From NCBI GenBank assembly GCA_900315715.1, contig ONAH01000040.1, positions 1 to 51,329 of the forward strand: 51,329 nucleotides of DNA, read 5' to 3'. A program made the translations under genes and the position numbers. Numbering within the stretch: the stretch's first letter is position 1; the number at the start of each line of letters is the position of its first letter. Source of the stretch: an uncultured Eubacteriales bacterium. GTDB lineage: Bacteria; Bacillota; Clostridia; Oscillospirales; Acutalibacteraceae. Positions 35,958 to 46,271 of this stretch are shown here, in pieces. The notes beneath the pieces were generated by a model. It saw only the letters and a program-made list of their open reading frames with translations. It searched no databases and had not been told where the DNA came from.

Positions 35958-36914
35958 ATGAGAAATGCAGAATGTACGCTTGGAATTGATACAAGCAACT
36001 ATACAACCTCTGTTGCTCTTTACAATTATGATGACGACAAATTGTATCAGAACCGCAGACTTTTGCCTGTCGAAAAAGGGAAGTGCGGACTGCGTCAAAG
36101 CGATGCGGTGTTTCATCATACTCAGCAGCTGTATGAAATAATGGATGAGCTTTACAGAGAGCTTGATTTTACACCGATAATTAAAGCGATAGGTGTTTCC
36201 TCACGTCCCAGAGACAGAGAAAACTCATATATGCCGTGTTTTACGGTCGGAATGAATGTTGCACATGTACTGGGAACGATACTGTCTGTACCGGTGTATG
36301 AATTTTCACATCAGATGGGGCATATAGCTGCGGCTGTTTATTCTGCTGACAGTAAAAATCTTTATAATGATAAGTTCCTTGCATTTCATGTTTCAGGTGG
36401 AACTACCGAGGCAGTGATAGTTTCACCCGATAATGGTGTACTAAGAGTTAGCGATATTGTCGGAAAAACGCTTGATCTCCACGCAGGTCAGGCGATAGAC
36501 CGGATAGGAGTAGAAATGGGGCTGTCTTTCCCATGTGGAAAAGAACTTGAGAAACTTGCATTGAAGTGCGAAAAAAGGGTTACGGTTAGGCCTTGTATAA
36601 AGGGTATGGACTGTTGTTTGTCAGGCTTGCAGAATATATGCGAGAATATGCTCAGACAGAAAACTGATACTTCAGAAATAGCCCTGACTTGTCTGATGTT
36701 TATAGAAAAAACACTTGAAAAGATGTGTAAATCAATCTTGGAAAAGTACGGCGAAATGCCTGTTCTGTTTGCAGGCGGAGTAATGTCAAATTCGATAATT
36801 CGTGGGGAATTATCCGGAAAACTTGACTGCGTATTTGCCTCAGCACAGTTGTCATCAGATAATGCCTGCGGAACGGCATTACTTGCATACGATGTCTATG
36901 GAGGAAAAAAGTAA
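35958..36914 (+). CDS. Kae1/TsaD-like ASKHA-fold protein (peptidase M22 / glycoprotease family paralogue)
   Basis: LGIDTSNYTTSVAL, metal-binding HQMGH, HVSGGTTE, AGGVMSN. Confidence 0.75.
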   Translation: MRNAECTLGIDTSNYTTSVALYNYDDDKLYQNRRLLPVEKGKCGLRQSDAVFHHTQQLYEIMDELYRELDFTPIIKAIGVSSRPRDRENSYMPCFTVGMNVAHVLGTILSVPVYEFSHQMGHIAAAVYSADSKNLYNDKFLAFHVSGGTTEAVIVSPDNGVLRVSDIVGKTLDLHAGQAIDRIGVEMGLSFPCGKELEKLALKCEKRVTVRPCIKGMDCCLSGLQNICENMLRQKTDTSEIALTCLMFIEKTLEKMCKSILEKYGEMPVLFAGGVMSNSIIRGELSGKLDCVFASAQLSSDNACGTALLAYDVYGGKK

Positions 36915-38126
36915 ATGGCAAATAATTTTGTTTTAACGGTATCACAGTTAAACAATTATATTAAGTCACAGCTTGACAGTGATTTAAAGCTAAAGGGTAT
37001 ATTTGTAAAGGGTGAAATATCAAACTTTAAACGCAACTATTCAGGTCATTTGTATTTTTCTCTGAAAGATAAAGACAGTGTAGTAAATGTTGTAATGTTT
37101 AGAGGATTTGCAGAGCGTTTGAGGTTTGAGCCTGAAAATGGGTTGAAGGTTATTTTGTCGGGTAATGTGACTGTCTATACACCGGCAGGGCAGTACCAAA
37201 TACAAGGTATGAGTATGCAGCCTGACGGAATAGGTGCATTATCTCTTGCATATGAACAGCTAAAAGAAAAGCTGGAGAAAGAAGGTTTGTTTGACGTCAG
37301 CCATAAACGTTCGCTGCCGATAGCACCTAAAAAGATAGGAGTAATAACATCAGCAACCGGTGCTGTAATTCAGGACATAAAAAATGTAGTATCAAGACGA
37401 TATCCGCTTGCTGAGATAGTGCTTTGTCCTGTTGCGGTTCAGGGAGAAACAGCACCGCCCCAGCTTATTGCCGCACTAAAGCTGTTTAATTCTATGGAAG
37501 ATGTTGATGTAATAATAATTGGCAGAGGCGGAGGATCGCTTGAGGATTTGTACTGCTTTAACGATGAACAGCTAATCAGGCAGATATATGCATCAAAGAT
37601 ACCGGTTATTTCTGCGGTCGGTCATGAAACAGACTATACATTGTGTGATTTTGTTGCAGACAGACGTGCTCCGACACCTTCTGCTGCAGCAGAAATTGCC
37701 GTACCGGATCGCATCGAACTGATAAACAGTCTTATGCTTGATTACAGGATAATATCAGGCTGCGTTGATGATAAGATAAAAAAAGAATATCAAGGATTGG
37801 ATATTATTTCGGACAAAATAAAACTACTGAGTTCTGCGGGACGTTTTGAAAAAGAAAAAAATGCGATAGAAACGCTGTCCGAAAGAATTCATACAATTAT
37901 AAGCAATAGAATAAACAGCGAAAAAACCGATTTGAATTTCATGTCAGAAAAGATAGAGGCACTCAGCCCAATGCGATTATTGCACAGGGGTTACAGCGTA
38001 GTTCAGAAAAACAGCAATACAATATCGTCAGTAACGCAAGTTTTATCTGGAGATAAGCTAACGATAAAGGTGTCTGACGGAATGATAGAATGTTGTGTTG
38101 AAAATATAAATAATAACGGAGAATAA
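36915..38126 (+). CDS. xseA: Exodeoxyribonuclease VII large subunit
   Basis: OB-fold N-terminus VSQLNNYIK...GEISNFK.. SGHLYFSLKD, then GRGGGS.EDL..FN. The ATG abuts the upstream TAA. Confidence 0.9.
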   Translation: MANNFVLTVSQLNNYIKSQLDSDLKLKGIFVKGEISNFKRNYSGHLYFSLKDKDSVVNVVMFRGFAERLRFEPENGLKVILSGNVTVYTPAGQYQIQGMSMQPDGIGALSLAYEQLKEKLEKEGLFDVSHKRSLPIAPKKIGVITSATGAVIQDIKNVVSRRYPLAEIVLCPVAVQGETAPPQLIAALKLFNSMEDVDVIIIGRGGGSLEDLYCFNDEQLIRQIYASKIPVISAVGHETDYTLCDFVADRRAPTPSAAAEIAVPDRIELINSLMLDYRIISGCVDDKIKKEYQGLDIISDKIKLLSSAGRFEKEKNAIETLSERIHTIISNRINSEKTDLNFMSEKIEALSPMRLLHRGYSVVQKNSNTISSVTQVLSGDKLTIKVSDGMIECCVENINNNGE

Positions 38127-38130
38127 AACT

Positions 38131-38331
38131 ATGAATGAATATACCACATATGAAGAGGCAAAAAAACGCCTTGAAGAGATATCTGTAAAGCTGAGTAATT
38201 CTGATATTAGCCTTGATATGGCAATAAATCTTTACGAAGAAGCTTCAAAGCTCACAGCGTTTTGCTATGAGAAGCTTAGAAGTGCAGAGCTTAAGTTTTC
38301 CCAGGTATCTCTTGCGTCCACGGAGGAATAA
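38131..38331 (+). CDS. xseB: Exodeoxyribonuclease VII small subunit
   Basis: 66 aa, with YEEAKKRLEEI...L....SLD.A..LYEE. Confidence 0.9.
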   Translation: MNEYTTYEEAKKRLEEISVKLSNSDISLDMAINLYEEASKLTAFCYEKLRSAELKFSQVSLASTEE

Positions 38332-38334
38332 ATT

Positions 38335-39207
38335 ATGGACAACAAGTATATCTCTATTATAGAAGAGTTTTTGCCGACGCTGCTCCCGAATGAGGATTGT
38401 TATGAGAAGGTTGTTACACAGGCTATGAAGTATAGTTTGCTTGCACCCGGAAAGAGGATACGTCCGACATTACTGCTTGCGTTTTGTGAGGCGTGTTCCG
38501 GAAACGTGTACAACGCCCTTCCGTATGCGTGTGCAGTTGAGATGATACATTCTTATTCGCTTATACATGACGATCTGCCATGTATGGACGATGACGATTT
38601 AAGAAGGGGCAGACCGTCTAATCATATAGTTTTTGGTGAAGATATTGCTTTGCTTGCAGGAGATGCTCTCCAAACGCTTGCTTTTGAGAGTATGCTGAGT
38701 GAAGAAGCCTTATCGAAAACAGGAATAAACGGAGCAAAAGCTGCAGGAATACTTGCCCGTGCAGCGGGTGCAAACGGCATGGTAGGAGGTCAGACGATAG
38801 ACCTTACTACGGAAGGAAAATCCCCTTCGCTTGAGATAATAAAGGATATGTATTCAAAAAAGACAGGACGTCTGATAAAAGCCCCATGTGTGATGGGCTG
38901 CGTACTTGCAGGTGCAGATGAGAGGAAAATATCTGCGGCGGAAGGTTTTGCCGAAAACATAGGTCTTGCTTTCCAGATAGTAGATGATATATTGGATATT
39001 GTGTCTGATACGAATACATTAGGAAAGCCTGTCGGAAGTGACAAGGAAAACGGCAAAGTCAATTATGTAACTATACTTGGAATTGAACAATCAAGAAAAA
39101 AAGTCGAAGAACTGACAAATGCGGCTATAAGAAAACTGGACGCTTTTGAAAACGATACAGAATTTTTGCGTACACTTGCAGCAGAACTGGCTGCCCGTAT
39201 TTACTAA
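38335..39207 (+). CDS. ispA: Farnesyl diphosphate synthase (polyprenyl synthetase)
   Basis: First DDxxD LIHDDLPCMDDDDLRRG and second FQIVDDILD. Confidence 0.9.
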   Translation: MDNKYISIIEEFLPTLLPNEDCYEKVVTQAMKYSLLAPGKRIRPTLLLAFCEACSGNVYNALPYACAVEMIHSYSLIHDDLPCMDDDDLRRGRPSNHIVFGEDIALLAGDALQTLAFESMLSEEALSKTGINGAKAAGILARAAGANGMVGGQTIDLTTEGKSPSLEIIKDMYSKKTGRLIKAPCVMGCVLAGADERKISAAEGFAENIGLAFQIVDDILDIVSDTNTLGKPVGSDKENGKVNYVTILGIEQSRKKVEELTNAAIRKLDAFENDTEFLRTLAAELAARIY

Positions 39208-39223
39208 AAAGGAATGACATGAT

Positions 39224-41080
39224 TTGAATAGTTCTGAATACGAATATTTAGATAAAATAAATTCGCCGTCTGATTTAAAGAAGCTCAGTATAGAAGAGCT
39301 GAATATTCTATGTGAGGAAATAAGAGATAAACTGATAAAGACCGTATCGAAAAACGGAGGACATCTTTCTCCGAACTTAGGTACGGTAGAGCTAACGGTA
39401 GCGATGCACTATGTTTATAATACACCGAATGATAAAATAGTATGGGACGTAGGTCATCAGTCATATACTCACAAGATACTTACAGGAAGAAAAGACAGGC
39501 TTGATACAATAAGAAAAAAAGGCGGATTATCGGGATTTCCAAAGAGGAGTGAGAGCCCGTATGACGCATTTAACGTAGGGCACAGCAGTACGTCTATTTC
39601 TGCTGCATACGGAATAGCCAGAGCCAGGGCTATTAAAGGAGAAAAGGGCAGAACCATTGCTGTGATAGGTGACGGAGCACTGACAGGCGGACTTGCATAT
39701 GAGGGATTGAATAATGCAGGAAGATCCAACAAAAACTTTACTGTAATATTAAACGACAACAAGATGTCGATATCACGAAATGTAGGATCAATTGCGAAGT
39801 ATCTGACTCATATAAGAATACGTCCCGGATATATAAAAATCAAGAAGATAGTAGAAAAAATACTGATCCATACACCTGTAATAGGCAATCCATTGAGAAA
39901 GCTATTGCTTCATTCAAAGTCAAAGCTTAGAATATCGGTATATAGAAATACGATATTTGAGGATCTTGGATTTGTGTATTACGGCCCGGTTGACGGGCAT
40001 GATATAGGAAAGCTGATAGACGCATTAAACGCCTCAAAAAACGTAAATCAGGCGGTAATAATCCATGTCGTTACGACAAAGGGCAAGGGTTATCATTTTG
40101 CAGAAGAGGATCCCAGATCATATCATGGGATATCAAGTTTTGATATAGAAAGCGGAGAGCCGATAAGTTCTAAGAAAGGCTTTTCGGCACGTTTCGGAGA
40201 AATTCTCTGTGATATTGCAAAAAAGGATAAGCGTATTTGTGCCATAACTGCAGCAATGAAGCTTGGTACAGGACTTGCAAAGTTTTCGCACGATTACAAA
40301 GAGCGTTTTTTTGATGTTGGAATAGCAGAAGAACACGCAGTAACATTTGCCGCGGGCCTTGCAACAGAGAACATGATACCTGTATTTGCTGTATATTCAT
40401 CGTTTTTGCAGCGTGCATACGATCAGATAATACATGATGCAGCAGCCCAGGAAATCCATATGGTTCTTGCAATAGACCGTGCAGGAATAGTAGGAGAGGA
40501 CGGAGAAACACATCAGGGTGTATTTGACGTAGCAATGCTTAGCAGTATTCCGAATGTAACGATATACTCACCGTGTTATTTTGACGAACTTGGGGACGCT
40601 ATGAACAAAGCGATATATAAACATAGCGGCATAGTAGCAATACGCTACCCCAGAGGAGGACAGCCGTATCGTCCGAACGATTATAAAACAGGAGAAGTAT
40701 ATTCTGTTTATGGAACAGGAAAAGATGCAGTAATAGTAACGTACGGAAGGATATTTGCAAATGCTAGTAATGCAAAGGAAATACTTGAAGAAAAGGGAAA
40801 GAAAATTACAATTCTAAAGCTAAACAGGATACATCCGATAAGCAAAGAAGCAGTAAAAATATGCAGTGAATTTAAGCGTGTGTATTTCTTTGAAGAAGGA
40901 ATGGAAAATGGCGGAGTAGGAGATAAATTCCGCTGTATGCTTGACGATGAGGGCTACACAGGCAGTTATGAACTAACGGCAATAAAAGATAAATTTGTAC
41001 CGCAGTCAACGGTAGATGAGGCGCTGTCAGAATTGTGCCTTGATTGCGCAGGTATAGTAAATAAATTAACATGGAACTAA
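39224..41080 (+). CDS. dxs: 1-deoxy-D-xylulose-5-phosphate synthase
   Basis: GGHLSPNLG, WDVGHQSY.HK, GDGALTGG, and a transketolase-like C-terminus. TTG start. Confidence 0.9.
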   Translation: MNSSEYEYLDKINSPSDLKKLSIEELNILCEEIRDKLIKTVSKNGGHLSPNLGTVELTVAMHYVYNTPNDKIVWDVGHQSYTHKILTGRKDRLDTIRKKGGLSGFPKRSESPYDAFNVGHSSTSISAAYGIARARAIKGEKGRTIAVIGDGALTGGLAYEGLNNAGRSNKNFTVILNDNKMSISRNVGSIAKYLTHIRIRPGYIKIKKIVEKILIHTPVIGNPLRKLLLHSKSKLRISVYRNTIFEDLGFVYYGPVDGHDIGKLIDALNASKNVNQAVIIHVVTTKGKGYHFAEEDPRSYHGISSFDIESGEPISSKKGFSARFGEILCDIAKKDKRICAITAAMKLGTGLAKFSHDYKERFFDVGIAEEHAVTFAAGLATENMIPVFAVYSSFLQRAYDQIIHDAAAQEIHMVLAIDRAGIVGEDGETHQGVFDVAMLSSIPNVTIYSPCYFDELGDAMNKAIYKHSGIVAIRYPRGGQPYRPNDYKTGEVYSVYGTGKDAVIVTYGRIFANASNAKEILEEKGKKITILKLNRIHPISKEAVKICSEFKRVYFFEEGMENGGVGDKFRCMLDDEGYTGSYELTAIKDKFVPQSTVDEALSELCLDCAGIVNKLTWN

Positions 41081-41089
41081 GGTGATTTT

Positions 41090-41917
41090 TTGGCAAAGAA
41101 AAAGAGACTTGATATACTGCTTTTTGAGCAAGGTTATGCCGAAAGCAGAGAAAAAGCCAAGGCTATAATAATGTCAGGAATAGTATATGTTGATAATCAG
41201 AAATCCGACAAACCCGGCACATCGTATCCGGAAGATTGTAAGATAGAGGTCAGAGGCAGCACGTTGAAATACGTAAGCCGTGGTGGATTAAAGCTTGAGA
41301 AAGCGATAGAAGTATTTGATATTGACCTTACAGACGCAGTAACGATGGATATAGGAGCATCGACGGGTGGATTTACTGATTGTATGCTTCAGAACGGTGC
41401 AAAAAAAGTATATTCGATAGATGTAGGGTATGGACAGCTTGCGTGGAAACTCAGACAAGATGAACGGGTAGTAAATTTAGAGGATACAAATTTTCGATAT
41501 GTAACAGAAGAACAGATAACAGATCCGATAGATTTTTTCAGTGTAGATGTTTCTTTTATTTCACTCAAGCTGATACTTCCAAATGCAAGGAAGTTTTTAA
41601 AGAATGATTGTACAGCTGTATGTTTAATCAAACCGCAATTTGAGGCGGGACGTGAGAATGTAGGTAAAAACGGAGTAGTTCGTGATCCAAAGGTACATTG
41701 TGAGGTTATTGGAAATATAATAGAGTTTTGTCTTGAAAACGGCTTTACGGTACTTGGATTGGACTATTCTCCTGTAAAGGGACCGGCAGGAAACATAGAG
41801 TATTTAATGTACATTAAGAAGAGCGATGAACCTGTGTCAATGTTACAAACAGACGCTGATACAGTCGTAAGTATATCGCATGAAAAACTGGATAAAAACA
41901 GTGGTGAAATTCAATGA
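41090..41917 (+). CDS. tlyA: TlyA-family rRNA 2'-O-methyltransferase (S4 plus FtsJ)
   Basis: KKRLDILL...G.A.SREKAK, VSRGG.KLE, DIGASTGGFTD. TTG start 5 nt after AAGGTG. Confidence 0.85.
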   Translation: MAKKKRLDILLFEQGYAESREKAKAIIMSGIVYVDNQKSDKPGTSYPEDCKIEVRGSTLKYVSRGGLKLEKAIEVFDIDLTDAVTMDIGASTGGFTDCMLQNGAKKVYSIDVGYGQLAWKLRQDERVVNLEDTNFRYVTEEQITDPIDFFSVDVSFISLKLILPNARKFLKNDCTAVCLIKPQFEAGRENVGKNGVVRDPKVHCEVIGNIIEFCLENGFTVLGLDYSPVKGPAGNIEYLMYIKKSDEPVSMLQTDADTVVSISHEKLDKNSGEIQ

Positions 41918-42771
41918 GAATAGCGGTAATGCCAAATTCGGATAAAGAGATGGCAATAGAAAATGCACAGCGTATCATAAAGATATTATCTGAATATGAT
42001 ACCTGCTTTTCTATGCCTGCTGATTTTTCAAGCGAAATAAATGCAAAGAATGTTTCATTTTACAGCAATCATTCGGAAACGGTTGCAAACTCTGATATAG
42101 TAATAGCGATAGGCGGGGACGGTACGATTATCCATATTGCAAAACACGCAGCTGAGTATGATAAGCCAATACTTGGAGTGAACTGCGGCAGGGTAGGATT
42201 TGTAGCAAATCTTGAACCTGCACAGCTTGACCTTCTGCCAAATCTGCTTAATGAAAATTACACTATTGATGAAAGAATGCTTTTTGAGGTAGATCTTGAA
42301 AGAGCTGGCAATCACGAAACATTGTATGCACTCAACGATGTAACCGTTACAAGAGGATCACTCTCAACAATGGTTGAGCTTGATGTATTGTTGAACGGAG
42401 AGTTCATAAACAGTTATAGAGCGGACGGAATAATAATTGCCACTCCGACAGGTTCAACAGCATATTCACTTTCTGCAGGCGGTCCGGTAATTGAACCGCA
42501 CATGAAATGCATACTGCTAACTCCGATATGTCCGCACTCACTTTTTTCACGGTCGGTTCTTTTTTCAGACGATTCACAGGTAAGTATATGTCATCACGAA
42601 GGATATATCAGAGAATTATATGCGACAATAGACGGGATACGATCATATAAGCTGGAAATAGGAGATCAAGTAACGATAAAACGATCGCTTCAGACAGTAC
42701 GGTTTATAAAGCTTACAAATAAGAATTTTTACAGAATATTAAGCGATAAACTCAATGAGAGGAGGCACTGA
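41914..42771 (+). CDS. nadK: NAD kinase
   Basis: IAIGGDGTIIH, NDV, ADGIIIATPTGSTAYSLSAGGP. ATGA overlap with tlyA. Confidence 0.9.
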   Translation: MRIAVMPNSDKEMAIENAQRIIKILSEYDTCFSMPADFSSEINAKNVSFYSNHSETVANSDIVIAIGGDGTIIHIAKHAAEYDKPILGVNCGRVGFVANLEPAQLDLLPNLLNENYTIDERMLFEVDLERAGNHETLYALNDVTVTRGSLSTMVELDVLLNGEFINSYRADGIIIATPTGSTAYSLSAGGPVIEPHMKCILLTPICPHSLFSRSVLFSDDSQVSICHHEGYIRELYATIDGIRSYKLEIGDQVTIKRSLQTVRFIKLTNKNFYRILSDKLNERRH

Positions 42772-42773
42772 GT

Positions 42774-43235
42774 TTGAAAAGAGGCAGACACGCAAGAATA
42801 ATAGACCTCATACAGAGAAAACCGATATCAACTCAGGAAGAACTTCTAAAGGAACTTCGTTTAATGGGAGATAATGTAACACAGGCAACGGTTTCAAGAG
42901 ATATTAAGGAGTTAAAATTAATCAAGACGCTTTCTGATGACGGCAAACATATATATGCGCTGTCATCTGCTCAGAAGTCGGATATAGGTTCCAGTCTGGA
43001 TTCGCTTTTTTCAACATCGGTTATATCCGTTGCAAATGCACAAAACATTGTTGTAATTAAAACAATACCGGGAATGGCTCAAGCTGTATGCGCCTCAATA
43101 GATGCCTCACAGTTAATAGGAATAGTGGGTTCAATAGCAGGAGAGGATACGATATTTCTTGTGACTGAAACAACAGATGCGGCAGTACATACCGTATCTG
43201 CGCTGAAATTGAGTTCAATATATGACAAAAAATAG
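42774..43235 (+). CDS. argR: Arginine repressor
   Basis: RHARIIDLI......TQEEL...L...G..VTQATVSRDIKEL and C-terminal GTIAGDDT-like SIAGEDTIF. TTG start 9 nt after GAGGAGG. Confidence 0.9.
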   Translation: MKRGRHARIIDLIQRKPISTQEELLKELRLMGDNVTQATVSRDIKELKLIKTLSDDGKHIYALSSAQKSDIGSSLDSLFSTSVISVANAQNIVVIKTIPGMAQAVCASIDASQLIGIVGSIAGEDTIFLVTETTDAAVHTVSALKLSSIYDKK

Positions 43236-43247
43236 CAAGGTGATAAA

Positions 43248-44906
43248 ATGCTTTCAAATATATACATAGAGAATGTTGCTGTAATCGAAAAAGCAAGTAT
43301 AGATTTTGACAACTCTTTTAACGTGCTAACGGGTGAAACCGGTGCAGGCAAATCAATAATAATTGACTCCATAAATGCAATTATGGGACAGAGAATGTCG
43401 AAGGAATTAATACGCTCAGGCTCACAGTCATCATTCATAAGTGCAACCTTTACAAATGTATCGCAAACAGCTAAGACTGCGTTTGAAGAGTGCGGATATG
43501 AGGCAGAGGACGATATGTTTATTCTGCAAAGACAGATATCACTATCAGGAAAAAACTCCTGCAAGATAAACGGACGTCCTGCACCGCTGTCTGTTTTTAA
43601 AAAGGTAAGCGGATGTCTTGTCAACATTTACGGACAAAACGAGGGTTATGACTTTATGACGGCAGACAGCCATATACGATATATTGACGCAATAGGTGAT
43701 TATGAGGAACTGATAAAAGACTATAAAGTCAAATTCATTGCGTACACGCAGATAAGAAGAAAGATAATTGCGCTCAATGATAATATTCAAGATCGGGCAA
43801 GAAAAATTGACCTTCTTAAATATCAGATTTCGGAAATAGACCAAGCAGACCTTCACGACGGAGAGTTTGAGGAGTTGGAGGAACAGAGATCACTATTGAT
43901 AAATAGTGAGAAAATCCGCACAGGTTTAATGTTTGTTCACGCACTACTTGCAGGAGATGAGGAAGAGGGAGTTGTGTCGATTTTAGATACAGTTAATGAT
44001 ACACTGAGTGATATATCTCAGACATACACACCTCTTGGAGAAGTAACAAACAGAATACAGTCAGCGTATGAGGAACTTAAAGATTGTCAATATGAGATAA
44101 GTGATTTTCTTGACGAGATAGATATGGATCCCGATGAGCTTGCAGAGATAGAGGAAAGATACGAGCTGATAAAGTCTTTAAGCAGAAAATACGGCAATAC
44201 AATAAAGGAAATCCTGGAATACTGTGAGAAAGCAAGACAAGAGCTTGATACTCTTCTGGAGTTTGATATGAACAAAGAAAAGCTCATGGAGCAGTTTCAG
44301 ACAGCAAAGCAGGAATTGGTTGAGGCAGCGAAAAGGCTTACTGAGAAACGTACCGTTACAGCAGAGCAGTTCTCAAAGTCAGTAATGGAGGAGATGCGTT
44401 ATCTTGATATGCCGAATGTAGTAATGGTTCCGCAGGTAACAAAGTGTGAATACAGTGAAAACGGCTGTGATAGAGTAGAGCTTTTGATTTCTGCAAATCC
44501 AGGTGAAGAGCCTAAGCCTTTGACAAAGATAGCTTCGGGCGGTGAGCTGTCAAGAATTATGCTTGCCGTAAAAACAATAATAGCAGAGAAGGACGAAATA
44601 GCTACTTTGATATTTGACGAAATAGATACAGGTATCAGTGGATCGGCAGCGTCAAAGGTAGGCAAAAAACTTCGTCAACTGTCACAAACACATCAAGTAT
44701 TGTGTATAACACATCAAGCGCAAATAGCAGCCCTTGCGGATACACATCTGTTTATAAGCAAGAGTGTATCAGAGGGAAGAACATATACAAAGATCAGACA
44801 ACTTGATTTTGAAGAGAGAAAGTATGAGCTGTCAAGAATAATTGACGGCGATTCGCCTTCAGAGTTGTCACTCAAGCACGCAGAAGAAATGCTTAATTCA
44901 AAATAA
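43248..44906 (+). CDS. recN: DNA repair protein RecN
   Basis: Walker A TGETGAGKS, a long coiled coil, signature SGGELSR, Walker B LIFDEIDTG. Confidence 0.9.
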   Translation: MLSNIYIENVAVIEKASIDFDNSFNVLTGETGAGKSIIIDSINAIMGQRMSKELIRSGSQSSFISATFTNVSQTAKTAFEECGYEAEDDMFILQRQISLSGKNSCKINGRPAPLSVFKKVSGCLVNIYGQNEGYDFMTADSHIRYIDAIGDYEELIKDYKVKFIAYTQIRRKIIALNDNIQDRARKIDLLKYQISEIDQADLHDGEFEELEEQRSLLINSEKIRTGLMFVHALLAGDEEEGVVSILDTVNDTLSDISQTYTPLGEVTNRIQSAYEELKDCQYEISDFLDEIDMDPDELAEIEERYELIKSLSRKYGNTIKEILEYCEKARQELDTLLEFDMNKEKLMEQFQTAKQELVEAAKRLTEKRTVTAEQFSKSVMEEMRYLDMPNVVMVPQVTKCEYSENGCDRVELLISANPGEEPKPLTKIASGGELSRIMLAVKTIIAEKDEIATLIFDEIDTGISGSAASKVGKKLRQLSQTHQVLCITHQAQIAALADTHLFISKSVSEGRTYTKIRQLDFEERKYELSRIIDGDSPSELSLKHAEEMLNSK

Positions 44907-44921
44907 AGGAGTATTGCAAGA

Positions 44922-46127
44922 ATGAAAATACCTTTTTCACCGCCTGATATAGGTCAGGCAGAGATAGACGCAGTAGTAGAAACACTCAAATCATCGTGGA
45001 TAACGACCGGCCCGAAAACAGAGCAGCTATCGCAGAAAGTAGCACAGTGTTGTCACGTTCCGTATGCAGCATGTATGAACAGTGCAACAGCGTGCCATGA
45101 GATGTCGTTAAGACTTCTTGGAATAGGCTCAGGAGATGAAGTTATAGTACCTGCATATACATATACTGCATCAGCAAGCGTTATTGAACATGTAGGTGCT
45201 GTACCCGTAATAGTAGATGTAGAGAAGGGTACGTTCCATATTTCATATGAAGAAGTACTAAAAGCTATAACTCCAAAAACAAAAGCGATAGTAGCAGTTG
45301 ACCTTGGCGGAGTGCTTTGCGATTATGACAAGCTGCTTGAGATTGCAGAAAGTAAGAAGGATATTTTTACTCCGTCAAACGATATTCAGAAAGCAATAGG
45401 CAGGATTGCTGTTATTGCAGACGGTGCACATTCGTTCTTGGCAGAAAGAAAAGACGGAAAACGTTCAGGAGAACTTGCAGATTTTACGAGTTTTTCATTC
45501 CATGCAGTAAAGAATTTTACTACTGCAGAGGGCGGAGCACTTGCATGGAAGCCTATCAAAGGATTTGACGGCAAGGATATAAAAAAAACACTGGCCCTTC
45601 TTGCCTGTCACGGACAGGACAGAGGTTTTAAACCTGATGGAGAAAAACCATTCTGGGAGTATGATATAGTTTATACAGGATATAAGCACAACATGACAGA
45701 CATTCTTGCTTCAATCGGATTAGTACAGATAGACAGGGCAGATGAGATACTCTCAAAACGCAGATATATTGTAGATCGCTATAACAAGGCTTTTTCGGAG
45801 ATAGAAGGAGTTGAGATACTCAATCATTTCGATACAATAGGATCAAGTATGCATTTGTATATGGTACGATTTTCTGACAAGGGAGAAGACTTCCGAAATG
45901 AGTTTATGGACAGAATGCTTGCAAAAGGAGTTGCAACAAATGTACATTACAAGCCATTGCCGCTTCATACTGCCTATAAAAAACTTGGATTTGATATTTC
46001 GGAATACCCTAATGCTTACGAGATGTATAAAAATGAGGTATCGTTACCTTTGTTTACACTGCTAACAGATGAGCAGATAGATTATATTATAGAAAAATTT
46101 AAAGAAACCTGCAAAGAAATGCTATAA
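44922..46127 (+). CDS. DegT/DnrJ/EryC1/StrS-family PLP-dependent aminotransferase
   Basis: FSPPDIG..E......L.S.WITTGP, then SFHAVKN with the catalytic Lys. Confidence 0.85.
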   Translation: MKIPFSPPDIGQAEIDAVVETLKSSWITTGPKTEQLSQKVAQCCHVPYAACMNSATACHEMSLRLLGIGSGDEVIVPAYTYTASASVIEHVGAVPVIVDVEKGTFHISYEEVLKAITPKTKAIVAVDLGGVLCDYDKLLEIAESKKDIFTPSNDIQKAIGRIAVIADGAHSFLAERKDGKRSGELADFTSFSFHAVKNFTTAEGGALAWKPIKGFDGKDIKKTLALLACHGQDRGFKPDGEKPFWEYDIVYTGYKHNMTDILASIGLVQIDRADEILSKRRYIVDRYNKAFSEIEGVEILNHFDTIGSSMHLYMVRFSDKGEDFRNEFMDRMLAKGVATNVHYKPLPLHTAYKKLGFDISEYPNAYEMYKNEVSLPLFTLLTDEQIDYIIEKFKETCKEML

Positions 46128-46271
46128 AAAGACAAAATATCAATATAAATTCAATAATAAAAGTAACATTATTGAAAATTTTATTGACGAAAAAAATCTT
46201 ATATGATACTATATTTGAGTAAAATTATATATACTCATAGAATTGATGAGTTATTTAGGAGGATAAGAATT

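Noticed and set aside
43079-43627. 182-aa antisense ORF spanning the argR end and the recN start
   Set aside because: It crosses an intergenic RBS region and two well-supported genes, with no start context.
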